DNA of 64,000 bases. Origin: an uncultured Acholeplasma sp. (GTDB lineage Bacteria > Bacillota_I > Bacilli_A > Acholeplasmatales > Acholeplasmataceae). The stretch lies in the NCBI GenBank assembly GCA_964648225.1, contig CAZYKH010000001.1, forward strand, positions 135,959-199,958, written 5' to 3'. The notes under the pieces were generated by a model. The model had not been told where the DNA came from, did not search any database, and saw only the letters and a program-made list of their open reading frames with translations. The first letter of the stretch is position 1. The number at the start of each line of letters is the position of its first letter. Below, piece after piece: positions 55,801-64,000 of the stretch. A program made the translations under genes and the position numbers.

Positions 55801-57388
55801 ATCTTGCAATATTTAAAGTATCAATGACAGCAAAATCTTCATGTTCTAAGCCAAGTGCTCTAGCTTTTTCATAAATAAATCCGATATCAAAAGATGCATT
55901 ATGTGCAACTAAAACACTGCCTTTAATAAACTCTAAAAACTTTGGCAATACCACATCAATGGTTGGTTCATTTTCAACCATTTCATCTGTGATATTAGTA
56001 AGTCTTTTCGTTGTTTCACTTAATGGTTCTTCTGGATTAATTAACACTTCAAAACGTTCAGATATAAAACCGCCCTTGACTCTATAAGCAGCGATTTCAA
56101 TGATCTTATCTCTAGTATGTGAAAAGCCAGTGGTTTCAACGTCAAAAACGGTGTAGGTTGCTTCTTTTAAAAGTAGATCCTCATGATAATCTTTGGCTAC
56201 CCAAAAGGCATCATCATCAACATAGTCGAGTTGTACACCATAAATTGGTTTAATCTTTTTACCTTTAATTGCTTGATGTAATTCTGGGAAAGCATATAAA
56301 CCGTTTCTATCTGTAATCGCAAACGCCTTATGGCCCCATTTTTCAAGTGTTTCAACATAATCGGTAATCGATGTTACGGCATCCATTGGTGATGCCTTTG
56401 TATGGATATGAAACTCAATACGTTTTTCTTTAGCTTTATCAACTCGTTCAAACTTTTTAGGACGTTCAATTTGGTGAAAAGATCTAGCCATAATAACAAC
56501 TTCTTTTTGGAAGGTATCATATTGTGCATTACCAGAAATTTGGACGATATCACCAACTTTTACTTCTTTAGCTAATGCAATATCCTTATCAGTTCTTACA
56601 AATCTTTTGACTGTAATGGCATCATCTTTATCGAAAATGGACATCGTTAAAAGACTCGTGTTTTTAAGTTGTCTAACTTCTGTTTTAAAGACTTCGCCTT
56701 CAATTAAAAAGTTCACATCGCCTTTTTCATTTTGATATTTATCAAGCTCGTAAGCACTTTTTGGTATTTCATGAATACGTACGGCAGATGGGCTTGATTT
56801 TCTTGAAAAGGTTGCTTTTTGATCTAAAATAATTGTATCCGGTGTTCTAGCTAATCGAGACATATTTTCTCTTTGTACTTCAATGTTTTGTCTTACTTGT
56901 TCTGCAACAGGTGTTAATGCTTCATTAACTTTGAGTTTAAAGTTCACATCTAGTCCATGCTTATAAAAATATTCTTTTAGTTTTGGTAAATATTTTTTTA
57001 AGCCTCGACTATCTTTTTCTATTAAAATAAAAAATGTGTTATCTTCAAATTCAACAGTATAGTTTTTAAATACAGAAACAGGTTGAAATAAATCTGAAGC
57101 TTTGTGTACTAATGCTTCAAAATATGTCTTATATGACTTAGATAAATCAATGGTTTTAAAAGACAGCTGATAATCAACTTCTTTTACAACACCTTTAACT
57201 AAAAAGAAAGTTTGAAGTTGATTAATAAACAAACTCATTTCACTGGCTGATAATAAGGTATCAAACGTAATATCAAATAACCAAGTTTGTTTTTTAACAT
57301 TGACAACCACTTGATTTAAGTGGGCAGTTGATAGTGGTGGTGTATTTAATTGGGCTTGTTGTAAAAATAAATCAAATTTGTTTGTCAT
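52874..57388 (-). CDS. polC: DNA polymerase III, PolC type
   Basis: 1504 aa. PHP domain (IEFHIHTKASPMDA), DnaQ-like exonuclease (YTVFDVETTG, HNASFDIGF, HRAIHDA), Zn module (CPHCGEPMHKDGHD) and polymerase core. Confidence 0.97.
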   Translation of the reverse strand: MTNKFDLFLQQAQLNTPPLSTAHLNQVVVNVKKQTWLFDITFDTLLSASEMSLFINQLQTFFLVKGVVKEVDYQLSFKTIDLSKSYKTYFEALVHKASDLFQPVSVFKNYTVEFEDNTFFILIEKDSRGLKKYLPKLKEYFYKHGLDVNFKLKVNEALTPVAEQVRQNIEVQRENMSRLARTPDTIILDQKATFSRKSSPSAVRIHEIPKSAYELDKYQNEKGDVNFLIEGEVFKTEVRQLKNTSLLTMSIFDKDDAITVKRFVRTDKDIALAKEVKVGDIVQISGNAQYDTFQKEVVIMARSFHQIERPKKFERVDKAKEKRIEFHIHTKASPMDAVTSITDYVETLEKWGHKAFAITDRNGLYAFPELHQAIKGKKIKPIYGVQLDYVDDDAFWVAKDYHEDLLLKEATYTVFDVETTGFSHTRDKIIEIAAYRVKGGFISERFEVLINPEEPLSETTKRLTNITDEMVENEPTIDVVLPKFLEFIKGSVLVAHNASFDIGFIYEKARALGLEHEDFAVIDTLNIARYFYNHTNKENNHARFYVSDNGKIPDLKRFNLKAVTKFFKVNLEAHHRAIHDAYATAEVFLNMLQDFYKEEIYSYFELQASIDKKEVWRHPIPKYATVLAKNQAGYKNLFKLVSDALTTHFDGGPRLLKSTYLKYKDGLMIGSGTEGSEVFEAALNLNDETLKQAISFYDYIEVQPLNAYLHLEKEIGPLGREVIQAAIKKIITFAKEQNKIVIASSNAHYLNPEDKQYREIYIQTKSVGGGLHPLANYEVSPDQHLLTTQEMLEAFSFLDQQTAYEIVVTNTNKLNEQFELVRAFPKELYSIKDDAFKDTLGIPSIKVHVEKMVYDEAKRLYGDPIHPYVLARVNRELNNIIENQFAPIYFISHLLVKKSLEDGYLVGSRGSVGSSLVATLMNITEVNPLRPHYRCKKGEYAVFKLTDEEIYEQGVDKIDEPFIEVLKHVKSGYDLPNMNCPHCGEPMHKDGHDIPFETFLGFDGDKIPDIDLNFSGDYQAKAHEYVRELLGEEYTFRAGTIQTVAERNAYGYVKGYLEYLGKDARSAYIERLAKGIEGVKRSTGQHPGGIVVVPKDKSIFDVTPIQYPADDTTSSWKTTHFDYHAFEDNLLKLDILGHDDPTMIKFLMDYVKEHPDEFPFDNAQDIPLDDPKVYRLFQDTTIIGIKDKDDVYGDIASLAIPEFGTPFTRQMLQQTRPNTFAGLVKISGLSHGTDVWLKNSQELVLGTTQFGKIPFDDIIGCRDDIMVELSNRGMSESKAFEIMEFVRRGRPSSNPKKWVEYENDMKASNIPDWYIWSASQIKYMFPKAHAAAYVIMAMRIAWFKVYSPLLFYSSFFSKRAVQFEHDVMVMGTNAIRNRIIALRKENNLTAKDQDVLVTLLVALEMTKRGFKFLPVHIKKSQAVEFVMEKNGLRMPFVSIDGLGLKAALEIVEEREKKPFNSKEDARKRGKINKTVYERLDLSGAFDDLAEVSSELEHGLFAYKY

Positions 57389-57399
57389 GTTATCCCTTT

Positions 57400-58167
57400 C
57401 TAAATAATTGTTAATTTTGAAAATGTTCTACGCATATAACTCATCATGAGTATAATGCCGATAAAGATAAATAAACCGTTGTTTAAAAATAATGCAAATA
57501 GACTGGCTACAACATAGACTGTTAAGACATGTACTGCAATTTTAAACTTATATTTAAACGTAATTGGATATCTTGAAAATAACGCAGTTAATAAAGTGAA
57601 AAATAATAGCTCGATACATAAAGACATGAAAATAACGCTCACCTGAAATATTTTAGCAGATGCACTATGTTCTATAATAATTTGATCGATTGCTTTAATC
57701 AGCCTATCTACATTGTCACTTCTTTCATTACTAAACTTAAAATTTTGCAAACCCACTTCTTCATATGTATACAATTGAGTTACGGTCATAAATTTAGTAA
57801 GTCGTATACCATCTTTAACAAAAATCATGCGCATACCTTGAAATTCCGGATTTGTTGGTGTGTTAATCAACCCAACCGTATAAATATCCAAACGTAAATA
57901 ACGGTCTTCTAATATTTGACCATAATCAATGATTAATTCACCGTCCACAATTTGATGTGGACTTTTTAATGTTTGAGTATATTGAGATTTAATGGCTAAC
58001 TTTTCTTGATGGCTTAATCCTTTACTTGCAAGTGCAAGCACGACCAAAGGTAATGCCGCCAAGATAAGCAATAAAAAAAAGTAAGCCCAAACTTTAAGCC
58101 ACGAGTCTTTTAAGTATAATGAAAGTTCACTTGGACGGAGTAAGCCTCGTTTAAATTTTTGATACAT
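57400..58167 (-). CDS. DUF1189-like integral membrane protein
   Basis: 255 aa. N-terminal pattern and TM layout resemble DUF1189 (YvdJ-like). 11 nt upstream of polC, so probably co-transcribed. Confidence 0.5.
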   Translation of the reverse strand: MYQKFKRGLLRPSELSLYLKDSWLKVWAYFFLLLILAALPLVVLALASKGLSHQEKLAIKSQYTQTLKSPHQIVDGELIIDYGQILEDRYLRLDIYTVGLINTPTNPEFQGMRMIFVKDGIRLTKFMTVTQLYTYEEVGLQNFKFSNERSDNVDRLIKAIDQIIIEHSASAKIFQVSVIFMSLCIELLFFTLLTALFSRYPITFKYKFKIAVHVLTVYVVASLFALFLNNGLFIFIGIILMMSYMRRTFSKLTII

Positions 58168-58237
58168 AGCGTCACCAATCCTTTAAATTATTATAACATA
58201 ATCGAGACAATATGATAAAATTATATTAGGTGAAAAT

Positions 58238-59182
58238 ATGATATTACTTACAAAAGAAAAACATTATAATACTTTAAATAATTATTACCGAAAAACCTAT
58301 GGACAAAAAGTCTTTAAGGTTGCATTAAATGCCGGTTTTACTTGTCCTAATATTGACGGTACTGTCGCAAGCGGTGGCTGTACTTTTTGTTCATGGATGG
58401 GTTCTGGTGATTTTGCAGGGGATAAACGCGATAGCCTTAAAGTACAATTTGAAACTATCAAACAACAAATGCATAAAAAATGGAAAGATGGACTCTACAT
58501 TGCTTACTTTCAAGCTAATACCAACACACATGCACCCTTACCTAGACTGAAAGAAATTTATGAAGAAGCCATTACATTAGATCCTAAAATTGTTATGATA
58601 TCTTTAGGGACTAGACCGGATTCATTACCTGATGATGTTGTTGATTACTTAGCAGAACTCAATACAAGAATGCCGGTTCAAGTGGAACTTGGTCTCCAAA
58701 CAATTCATCAAGCTACCAGTGATTTAATTAATCGTGCACATGACCTTAAAACTTTTGATGATGCGGTTTTAAGGTTAAATGCTCGTGGTATTGAAGTGGT
58801 TGTACATATTATTAATGGCTTACCAACTGAAACTAAAGACATGATGATTGAAACTGTTAAGCATTTAAATACACTACCAATTCAAGGTATTAAAATCCAT
58901 ATGTTGCATCTTATGGAAAAAACTAAAATGGGTCATGATTATTTAAAAAATCCTTGGCCACTTCTAACCTTAGAAGAGTATGTTGATATTACAACCGAAC
59001 AACTTTTATGGTTAAGACCAGACATCATCGTTCATCGTGTCACAGGTGATGCGCCTGAAGATATGTTAATCGCACCACTTTGGACTAAAAAGAAATTTGT
59101 TGTTTCAAATGAAATTGATAAACGTTTAAGAAAACTCAATTTATACCAAGGTGATTATTATGAAAAGACAAAACGTCGTTGA
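58238..59182 (+). CDS. TIGR01212-family radical SAM protein (YtqA-like)
   Basis: 314 aa. FTCPNIDGTVASGGCTFCS cluster motif typical of the YtqA/YhcC family. Confidence 0.85.
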   Translation: MILLTKEKHYNTLNNYYRKTYGQKVFKVALNAGFTCPNIDGTVASGGCTFCSWMGSGDFAGDKRDSLKVQFETIKQQMHKKWKDGLYIAYFQANTNTHAPLPRLKEIYEEAITLDPKIVMISLGTRPDSLPDDVVDYLAELNTRMPVQVELGLQTIHQATSDLINRAHDLKTFDDAVLRLNARGIEVVVHIINGLPTETKDMMIETVKHLNTLPIQGIKIHMLHLMEKTKMGHDYLKNPWPLLTLEEYVDITTEQLLWLRPDIIVHRVTGDAPEDMLIAPLWTKKKFVVSNEIDKRLRKLNLYQGDYYEKTKRR

Positions 59183-59684
59183 ATTAGCACACAATCTTCT
59201 TCAAGAAGTTATTACACCTCAAATGACGATTGTAGATGCTACTTGTGGACATGGCTATGATACGTTATTTTTAGCAAAACATGTTTTTCATGTCCATGCA
59301 TTTGACATTCAAGAAGCTGCTATTTTAAGTAGTAAAAATTCAACCATAGATTTTGATAATATTACATACCATCATGCAAGTCATGAATTGATTACTGATC
59401 TAATTGATGACTATGATGGTGTCATATTTAATTTAGGTTATTTACCTCAAAGTGATAAAAAGATTACAACCACTTATGAGACAACCATTAAAACATTAAA
59501 CAAGTTGTATAAGCGTCAAAAAGGGTTTGTTTTAATCGTTGCTTATCCTGGTCATATAGAAGGCTTAAAAGAAGCAGTTGCTATCCAATCATTTTTAGAC
59601 AAACTTCATATAAAGTATAGAGTGATTCGGTTAGATCGTATCACAAAAAAACAAGCGCCTTTTATATTCTATTATGAAAATTAA
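59160..59684 (+). CDS. class I SAM-dependent methyltransferase (YtqB/MnmM-like)
   Basis: Start placed at ATG 59160 (MKRQNVVELAH) with an AAGGTGA RBS. VDATCGHGYDT SAM-binding motif. Overlaps the ytqA-like stop. Confidence 0.75.
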   Translation: MKRQNVVELAHNLLQEVITPQMTIVDATCGHGYDTLFLAKHVFHVHAFDIQEAAILSSKNSTIDFDNITYHHASHELITDLIDDYDGVIFNLGYLPQSDKKITTTYETTIKTLNKLYKRQKGFVLIVAYPGHIEGLKEAVAIQSFLDKLHIKYRVIRLDRITKKQAPFIFYYEN

Positions 59685-59687
59685 TAA

Positions 59688-59742
59688 GGGACTGTGGCTA
59701 GATAAAATCATTTGATTTCATAGCTTACAGTCCCATTTTTTT
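59688..59742. terminator. convergent (bidirectional) terminator between the ytqB-like gene and leuS
   Basis: Outer stem GGGACTGT / ACAGTCCC enclosing an imperfect inner hairpin, with a T-run at 59736-59742. Confidence 0.55.
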
Positions 59743-62152
59743 ATTTTATGACAATATTAACAATTTTATTTGGTATGACAATCACTTTAACGACTTGTTT
59801 ACCTTCGATATGTCTTAAGACATTTTCATGATTTAAAGCAAGCGACTCTAAATCTGTATCTGGCATATCCTTTTTAACTTGAAGGCGTCCTCTTAATTTA
59901 CCATTAACCTGAACAACGACTTCAACTTCTGTTTCAATTAAGTACTTTTCATCATGTTTTGGCCACTGTGAATAAATAAGTTCTTCATTAAACTTAAGTA
60001 CTTCTTTATTGAGTTCTTCTGTAATATGTGGTGCCACTGGATTTAATAACTTTAAGAAATTTCTTGCTTGTCCAAGTCCAATGGACTTCACTTTATAAAC
60101 CTCATTGACAAAAATCATCATTTGAGAAATCGCTGTATTAAACGCAAGTTTTTCATAATCTTCTGTTACTTTTTTAATGGTTTGATGTAATACAGTTTGT
60201 AGTGCATCTACATCTTCTTTCTCAATATCAAAGTCAAACATACGCCATACGCGGTCTAAAAATCTTTTAGCACCATCCATACCTTCATCACTCCAAGGTT
60301 TATCGGCTTCAAGTGGTCCTAAAAACATTTCAAATAATCTTAGGCTATCGGCACCATGGCTCATAATATACTCATCTGGAGAGACACTATTACCTTTAGA
60401 TTTACTCATTTTAGCATGGTCTTCACCTAAAATCATACCTTGATTAACAAGTTTCATAAATGGTTCTTGGGTACTTACAAAGCCTAGATCATAAAAGAAC
60501 TTATGCCAGAATCTTGCATAAAGCAAGTGCCCTACAGCATGTTCTGTACCACCAATATAAAGATCTACTGGTAAAAATTGATCTAAGACTGCTTTAGCTT
60601 CTTTAGAATCTAGTGGTATATAACCTAAATTGGATTTTAAAATATAGCCGATATAATACCAACTAGAGCCAGCTAGTTGTGGCATGGTATTGGTATCACG
60701 GCGTCCTTTTTTACCATTGATATCGACATATAACCAATCATGTGCATTCGCCAGTGGTGATTCCCCTGTTCCACTTGGTTTAATAAATTCAAGATATGGT
60801 AATTCAAGTGGTAATTCATCATCTGATACTAAATGAATATTGCCTTCAGCATCATAAATAACTGGGAATGGTTCACCCCAATAACGTTGACGACTAAAGA
60901 CCCAGTCTCTTAATTTATATGTATGATGGCGATATCCTTTATGACGATCTTCTAGGTGTTTTGTGATCTTTTCAATTGCCTCATCATTATATAATCCATC
61001 AATGATGCCTGAATGATGATGTATACCGTCACCAGTATAAGCACCTTCACTACCACCTTTAATGACTTCAATCATATTCAGTCCATATTGCATAGCAAAC
61101 TCATAATCGCGTTCATCATGTGCAGGTACAGCCATGACTGCACCCATACCATAATGTGGTAATACATAATCTGCAATCCAAATTGGAAGCAATTGGTTTG
61201 TCAGTGGGTGTTTTGCAAATGCACCCGTAAATACACCTGTTTTAGTTTTATCTGAAATACGTTCTAAATCAGACTTCATTTTGGTTTTTTCAATATATTT
61301 TAAAACATCCTTCGATTCATCTTTAGTCATAATTTTTTCAATTAATGGATGCTCTGGTGCTAATACACAATATGTCACACCATAAATTGTATCTGGTCTT
61401 GTTGTAAAGACATCAAAGCTTTCATCAGTACCAGACACTTCAAAATTAATGACAGTGCCGCTAGATTTGCCAATCCAGTTTCGTTGCATTTCTTTTAAGT
61501 TTTCTGGCCAGTCAACAAGTTCTAAATCTTCTAATAATCTATCGGCATATTCTGTGATTTTTAATACCCATTGACGCATAGGTTTTTTAACAACTGGGTA
61601 GTGACCACGCTCAGATACCATTTGTCCATCAATGATTTCTATTTCATCATTTGCTAACACAGTACCTAAACCTTCACACCAGTTAACTTCTACATCTTTT
61701 AAAACCGCAAGTCCTTTTTCATATAGACGTTTAAAAATCCATTGTGTCCATTTAAAATATTCTGGGTCTGTTGTTGCTAACTCTTTATCCCAGTCTACAC
61801 CTTTACCCATTTCAATAATTTGTCTTTTAAAATTCTTAATATTTTGATATGTAAATGTTTTAGGATCTTTTCCGGTTGCAAGTGCGTATTGTTCAGATGG
61901 TAATCCAAATGCATCCCACCCCATTGGGTGAAGTACATTATAACCTTGCATACGTTTAAAACGTGACACAATGTCACTTGCAGTATAACCTTCGATATGG
62001 CCTACGTGAAGTCCCGATGCAGAAGGATATGGAAACATATCCAAAACATAATATTTCGGATGAAAACGATCGTTTTTAGTTTTAAACAACTTATTATCTA
62101 ACCAATGTTGTTGCCATTTTTCTTCAATTTTTCTATGTTCATATTTACGCAT
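59741..62152 (-). CDS. leuS: leucine--tRNA ligase
   Basis: Start moved to ATG 62152 ([17 protein letters not shown]) with a GAGG RBS. HIGH-type motif (SGLHVGH) and KMSKS present. Confidence 0.95.
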   Translation of the reverse strand: MRKYEHRKIEEKWQQHWLDNKLFKTKNDRFHPKYYVLDMFPYPSASGLHVGHIEGYTASDIVSRFKRMQGYNVLHPMGWDAFGLPSEQYALATGKDPKTFTYQNIKNFKRQIIEMGKGVDWDKELATTDPEYFKWTQWIFKRLYEKGLAVLKDVEVNWCEGLGTVLANDEIEIIDGQMVSERGHYPVVKKPMRQWVLKITEYADRLLEDLELVDWPENLKEMQRNWIGKSSGTVINFEVSGTDESFDVFTTRPDTIYGVTYCVLAPEHPLIEKIMTKDESKDVLKYIEKTKMKSDLERISDKTKTGVFTGAFAKHPLTNQLLPIWIADYVLPHYGMGAVMAVPAHDERDYEFAMQYGLNMIEVIKGGSEGAYTGDGIHHHSGIIDGLYNDEAIEKITKHLEDRHKGYRHHTYKLRDWVFSRQRYWGEPFPVIYDAEGNIHLVSDDELPLELPYLEFIKPSGTGESPLANAHDWLYVDINGKKGRRDTNTMPQLAGSSWYYIGYILKSNLGYIPLDSKEAKAVLDQFLPVDLYIGGTEHAVGHLLYARFWHKFFYDLGFVSTQEPFMKLVNQGMILGEDHAKMSKSKGNSVSPDEYIMSHGADSLRLFEMFLGPLEADKPWSDEGMDGAKRFLDRVWRMFDFDIEKEDVDALQTVLHQTIKKVTEDYEKLAFNTAISQMMIFVNEVYKVKSIGLGQARNFLKLLNPVAPHITEELNKEVLKFNEELIYSQWPKHDEKYLIETEVEVVVQVNGKLRGRLQVKKDMPDTDLESLALNHENVLRHIEGKQVVKVIVIPNKIVNIVIK

Positions 62153-62177
62153 ATTTCTAACCTCACTCATAGCATCT

Positions 62178-62206
62178 ATTATATACAATTTAAGCCTATT
62201 TTTCAA
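62178..62206 (-). promoter_or_regulatory. leuS promoter (short leader, no T-box)
   Basis: Minus strand TTGAAA (62206..62201), 17 nt, TATAAT (62183..62178). Confidence 0.6.
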
Positions 62207-62209
62207 TGC

Positions 62210-62235
62210 AAAAAAAATCCCCTCACATGAGGAGA
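62210..62235 (-). terminator. acpP terminator
   Basis: Imperfect 7-bp stem TCCCCTC / GAGGAGA with a 4-nt loop, followed on the minus strand by eight T. Confidence 0.65.
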
Positions 62236-62244
62236 TATTTTATA

Positions 62245-62475
62245 TTATTGATTGTCTTTAATATAAGCAACCAAATCATTCACAGTTTTTAAATTTTGTA
62301 GAACTTCGTCTGATATTTCAATAGAAAACTCATCTTCTACTGTCATAATTAATTCTACAGCGTCAATTGAGTCCGCACCTAAATCCTCTACTAATCTTGC
62401 ATCTGGATTTACTAAAGCCTCATCTACTGCTAATTCGTCAACGATAAGCTCTTTGACTTTATCAAATATATCCAT
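62245..62475 (-). CDS. acpP: acyl carrier protein
   Basis: 76 aa with the LGADSIDAVELIM phosphopantetheine-attachment motif. Confidence 0.9.
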   Translation of the reverse strand: MDIFDKVKELIVDELAVDEALVNPDARLVEDLGADSIDAVELIMTVEDEFSIEISDEVLQNLKTVNDLVAYIKDNQ

Positions 62476-62605
62476 TTTAAAAACCTCCTAAAGTTTTCCT
62501 TTTTGTACCCATACATTATAACACAATTTTATATTTGTCTACTATTTAATCACCCTAATTGTTTTAATATCAAAGTATTTTATTTCATTTTATGATTTAA
62601 CGGTA

Positions 62606-62634
62606 TTCAATGAATCTTTATATCATGATATAAT
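62606..62634 (+). promoter_or_regulatory. putative pgl promoter with extended -10
   Basis: TTCAAT (62606-62611), 17 nt, TGATATAAT ending at 62634. Confidence 0.55.
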
Positions 62635-62658
62635 AGTTGTTGAAAGTTGAGGATGATT

Positions 62659-63582
62659 ATGAAATTTTTAGTTGGAACTTATACAAAAAACACATCTGAA
62701 GGCATCTATTTAGTAGACGAAAATAAAGTGTCTTTATATAAAAGGTTATTTAACCCAACATACTTTACACAACAAGAAGGTTATTTATTTACAATCGCAC
62801 ATGGTGGTATTGAAATTTATCAAGATGATAATTTAATTTATGAAGACCATTCAGAATACAGTAGGCCTGCACATATTTTTTATGAACCAACCTTAGAAAT
62901 GATATTTACAGCAAACTATCATGCTGGACAAATTTCTACTTATAAGTTTGATGGTCCAATGACTAAAAAGATTCAAACAATTATTTATCCAGGTGGTTCT
63001 CATGCCCACCAAGCTTATTACGATGTTCATAGTCAAACACTTTATGTCTGTGATCTGGGCTTAGATACAATCTTTACATATACCATTGGCGAAGATTTAA
63101 AGTTAGTACCAAAAAAAGATTTAACACTACATAAAGGGGTAGGACCAAGACACTTGGTTGTTGCAGAAACAGGATTTGTCTATGTAATGACTGAATATTC
63201 TAGAGAAATCTATGTTTTTAATGAGAACTTAGATTTTGTTAAAAAATATAAAACATTAGATAAAAACTTCCAAGGTATTACTGGTGCTGCAATACGTCTA
63301 ACTCAAAATGGTAAACATTTATATGTATCAAACCGTGGGTTTGATGCCATTACCCATTTTGAAGTATTAGATGATGGCACACTACGTAGAAAACGAATTT
63401 ATAACACTTTAGGCAAACATCCACGTGATTTTAATTTATCATTAGATGAGTCACACTTAGTCGTTGGTAATATGCACTCTAATAACGTCGCAATTTTTGA
63501 AAGAAATCAAGATACCGGTACATTAAGGCATGTTCAAACTGTTACGGTTCCTGAACCAAGTTGTATTGTCTTTATACCTTAA
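62659..63582 (+). CDS. pgl: lactonase family protein (7-bladed beta-propeller 6-phosphogluconolactonase, YbhE-like)
   Basis: MKFLVGTYTK N-terminus and GKHPRDFNL motif typical of Lactonase family proteins. The ORF track starts at TTG 62647. ATG 62659 is preferred (GAGGA 5 nt upstream); ATG 62653 is also possible. Confidence 0.75.
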   Translation: MKFLVGTYTKNTSEGIYLVDENKVSLYKRLFNPTYFTQQEGYLFTIAHGGIEIYQDDNLIYEDHSEYSRPAHIFYEPTLEMIFTANYHAGQISTYKFDGPMTKKIQTIIYPGGSHAHQAYYDVHSQTLYVCDLGLDTIFTYTIGEDLKLVPKKDLTLHKGVGPRHLVVAETGFVYVMTEYSREIYVFNENLDFVKKYKTLDKNFQGITGAAIRLTQNGKHLYVSNRGFDAITHFEVLDDGTLRRKRIYNTLGKHPRDFNLSLDESHLVVGNMHSNNVAIFERNQDTGTLRHVQTVTVPEPSCIVFIP

Positions 63583-63617
63583 AAAAAACGAATCCAAACG
63601 GATTCGTTATTTTTTTA
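63581..63617. terminator. bidirectional terminator between pgl and the FMN reductase gene
   Basis: Stem AACGAATCC / GGATTCGTT with a 4-nt loop, flanked by an A-run and a T-run. Confidence 0.8.
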
Positions 63618-63621
63618 TTAA

Positions 63622-64000
63622 TTATTTAATTTCACCCTTGCGTAAAGCTTTTAATGCTTTAGACCAGTTTGTTAATTGAGTAAATAATGCATCTAATTCT
63701 GGTTCATGCCATGCACCTGGTGTAAATTCTTGTTCTGGTGTCATAGGGTTTTTAAAATCAGTTGGGAAGTTTAAGTTGATTTGTTGTTGGGTTAAAGCAA
63801 TTTGTTGGTATGCTAAATGTGCTCTAAATCCAACAATACCACGTGATGCACCTAACCAACCATAACCTACAAATGCTAATGCTTTATTTTGAACCTCGCT
63901 ACCTAATAGTTGGAATGCGTTTTGTAATGCACCTGGTACAACATGGTTGTATTCTGGTGTTACTAAAATGTAACCATCAAATGATGCCATTGTTTCGCTC
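63622..64000 (-). CDS. NAD(P)H-dependent FMN reductase family protein, C-terminal part (5' end outside window)
   Basis: LVTPEYNHVVPGALQNAF motif of the FMN_red family. The frame stays open upstream of the internal Met at 63990 to the window edge. Confidence 0.7.
   Translation of the reverse strand, partial: SETMASFDGYILVTPEYNHVVPGALQNAFQLLGSEVQNKALAFVGYGWLGASRGIVGFRAHLAYQQIALTQQQINLNFPTDFKNPMTPEQEFTPGAWHEPELDALFTQLTNWSKALKALRKGEIK

Noticed and set aside
62245-62475. Stand-alone acpP with its own promoter and terminator, not in a fab cluster
   Set aside because: Isolated acpP genes are common in small Firmicutes/Mollicutes genomes. The phosphopantetheine site is intact and nothing is unusual in the sequence.
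1-64000. Search for CRISPR arrays, IS elements, prophage genes, toxin-antitoxin pairs and restriction-modification or other defence systems
   Set aside because: No spaced direct repeats, transposases, integrases, small paired ORFs or methyltransferase/nuclease pairs were recognisable. The only SAM methyltransferases are the tRNA/rRNA-modification types (rlmN, ytqB-like).

Overview
AT-rich window (roughly one-third GC by eye, not computed) from a PolC-type Firmicutes/Mollicutes-like genome. It uses the standard code: TGA acts as a stop, for example in the ATGA overlap at 11226-11229. All but four of about 50 genes lie on the minus strand, and I saw no IS elements, integrases, CRISPR arrays or rRNA. 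The window has two halves. (1) Positions 1-39398 are an accessory super-locus in five transcription units that reads as an outside-to-inside peptidoglycan (MurNAc/GlcNAc) foraging or salvage system. Its surface layer is an Amidase_2 lipoprotein, a 1336-aa enzyme with two GHL10 (DigH/YddW-like) catalytic domains, a DUF2233 phosphodiester glycosidase and an orphan 822-aa surface protein. Import is by two ABC permease pairs with two unusual binding proteins, with an uncharacterised NHL/TPR + Yip1 + DUF5696-like module embedded between them. The cytoplasmic layer is NagZ, NamZ, an AmiE-like hydrolase, a third GHL10, a divergent GH4-like protein, AnmK, a BadF-type kinase, MurQ, a GNAT, NagB and an FAD D-lactate-dehydrogenase-like enzyme. 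A MurR/RpiR regulator and cre-like boxes sit at the promoters. There is no MurP PTS, no ABC ATPase and no NagA in the window. (2) Positions 39535-64000 are housekeeping: DUF2130, gnd, tRNA-Leu(GAG), yloV-like DAK2, rpmB, thiamine pyrophosphokinase, rpe, rsgA, rlmN, pheST behind a Phe T-box, BaxI-like, polC, DUF1189, a ytqA/ytqB-like pair, leuS, acpP, pgl and a partial FMN reductase. Surface proteins are anchored by C-terminal TM helices with no LPXTG. If the host is wall-less (Acholeplasma-like), the locus would forage on other bacteria's cell walls rather than recycle its own. All family assignments come from motif recognition by eye, with no database search.
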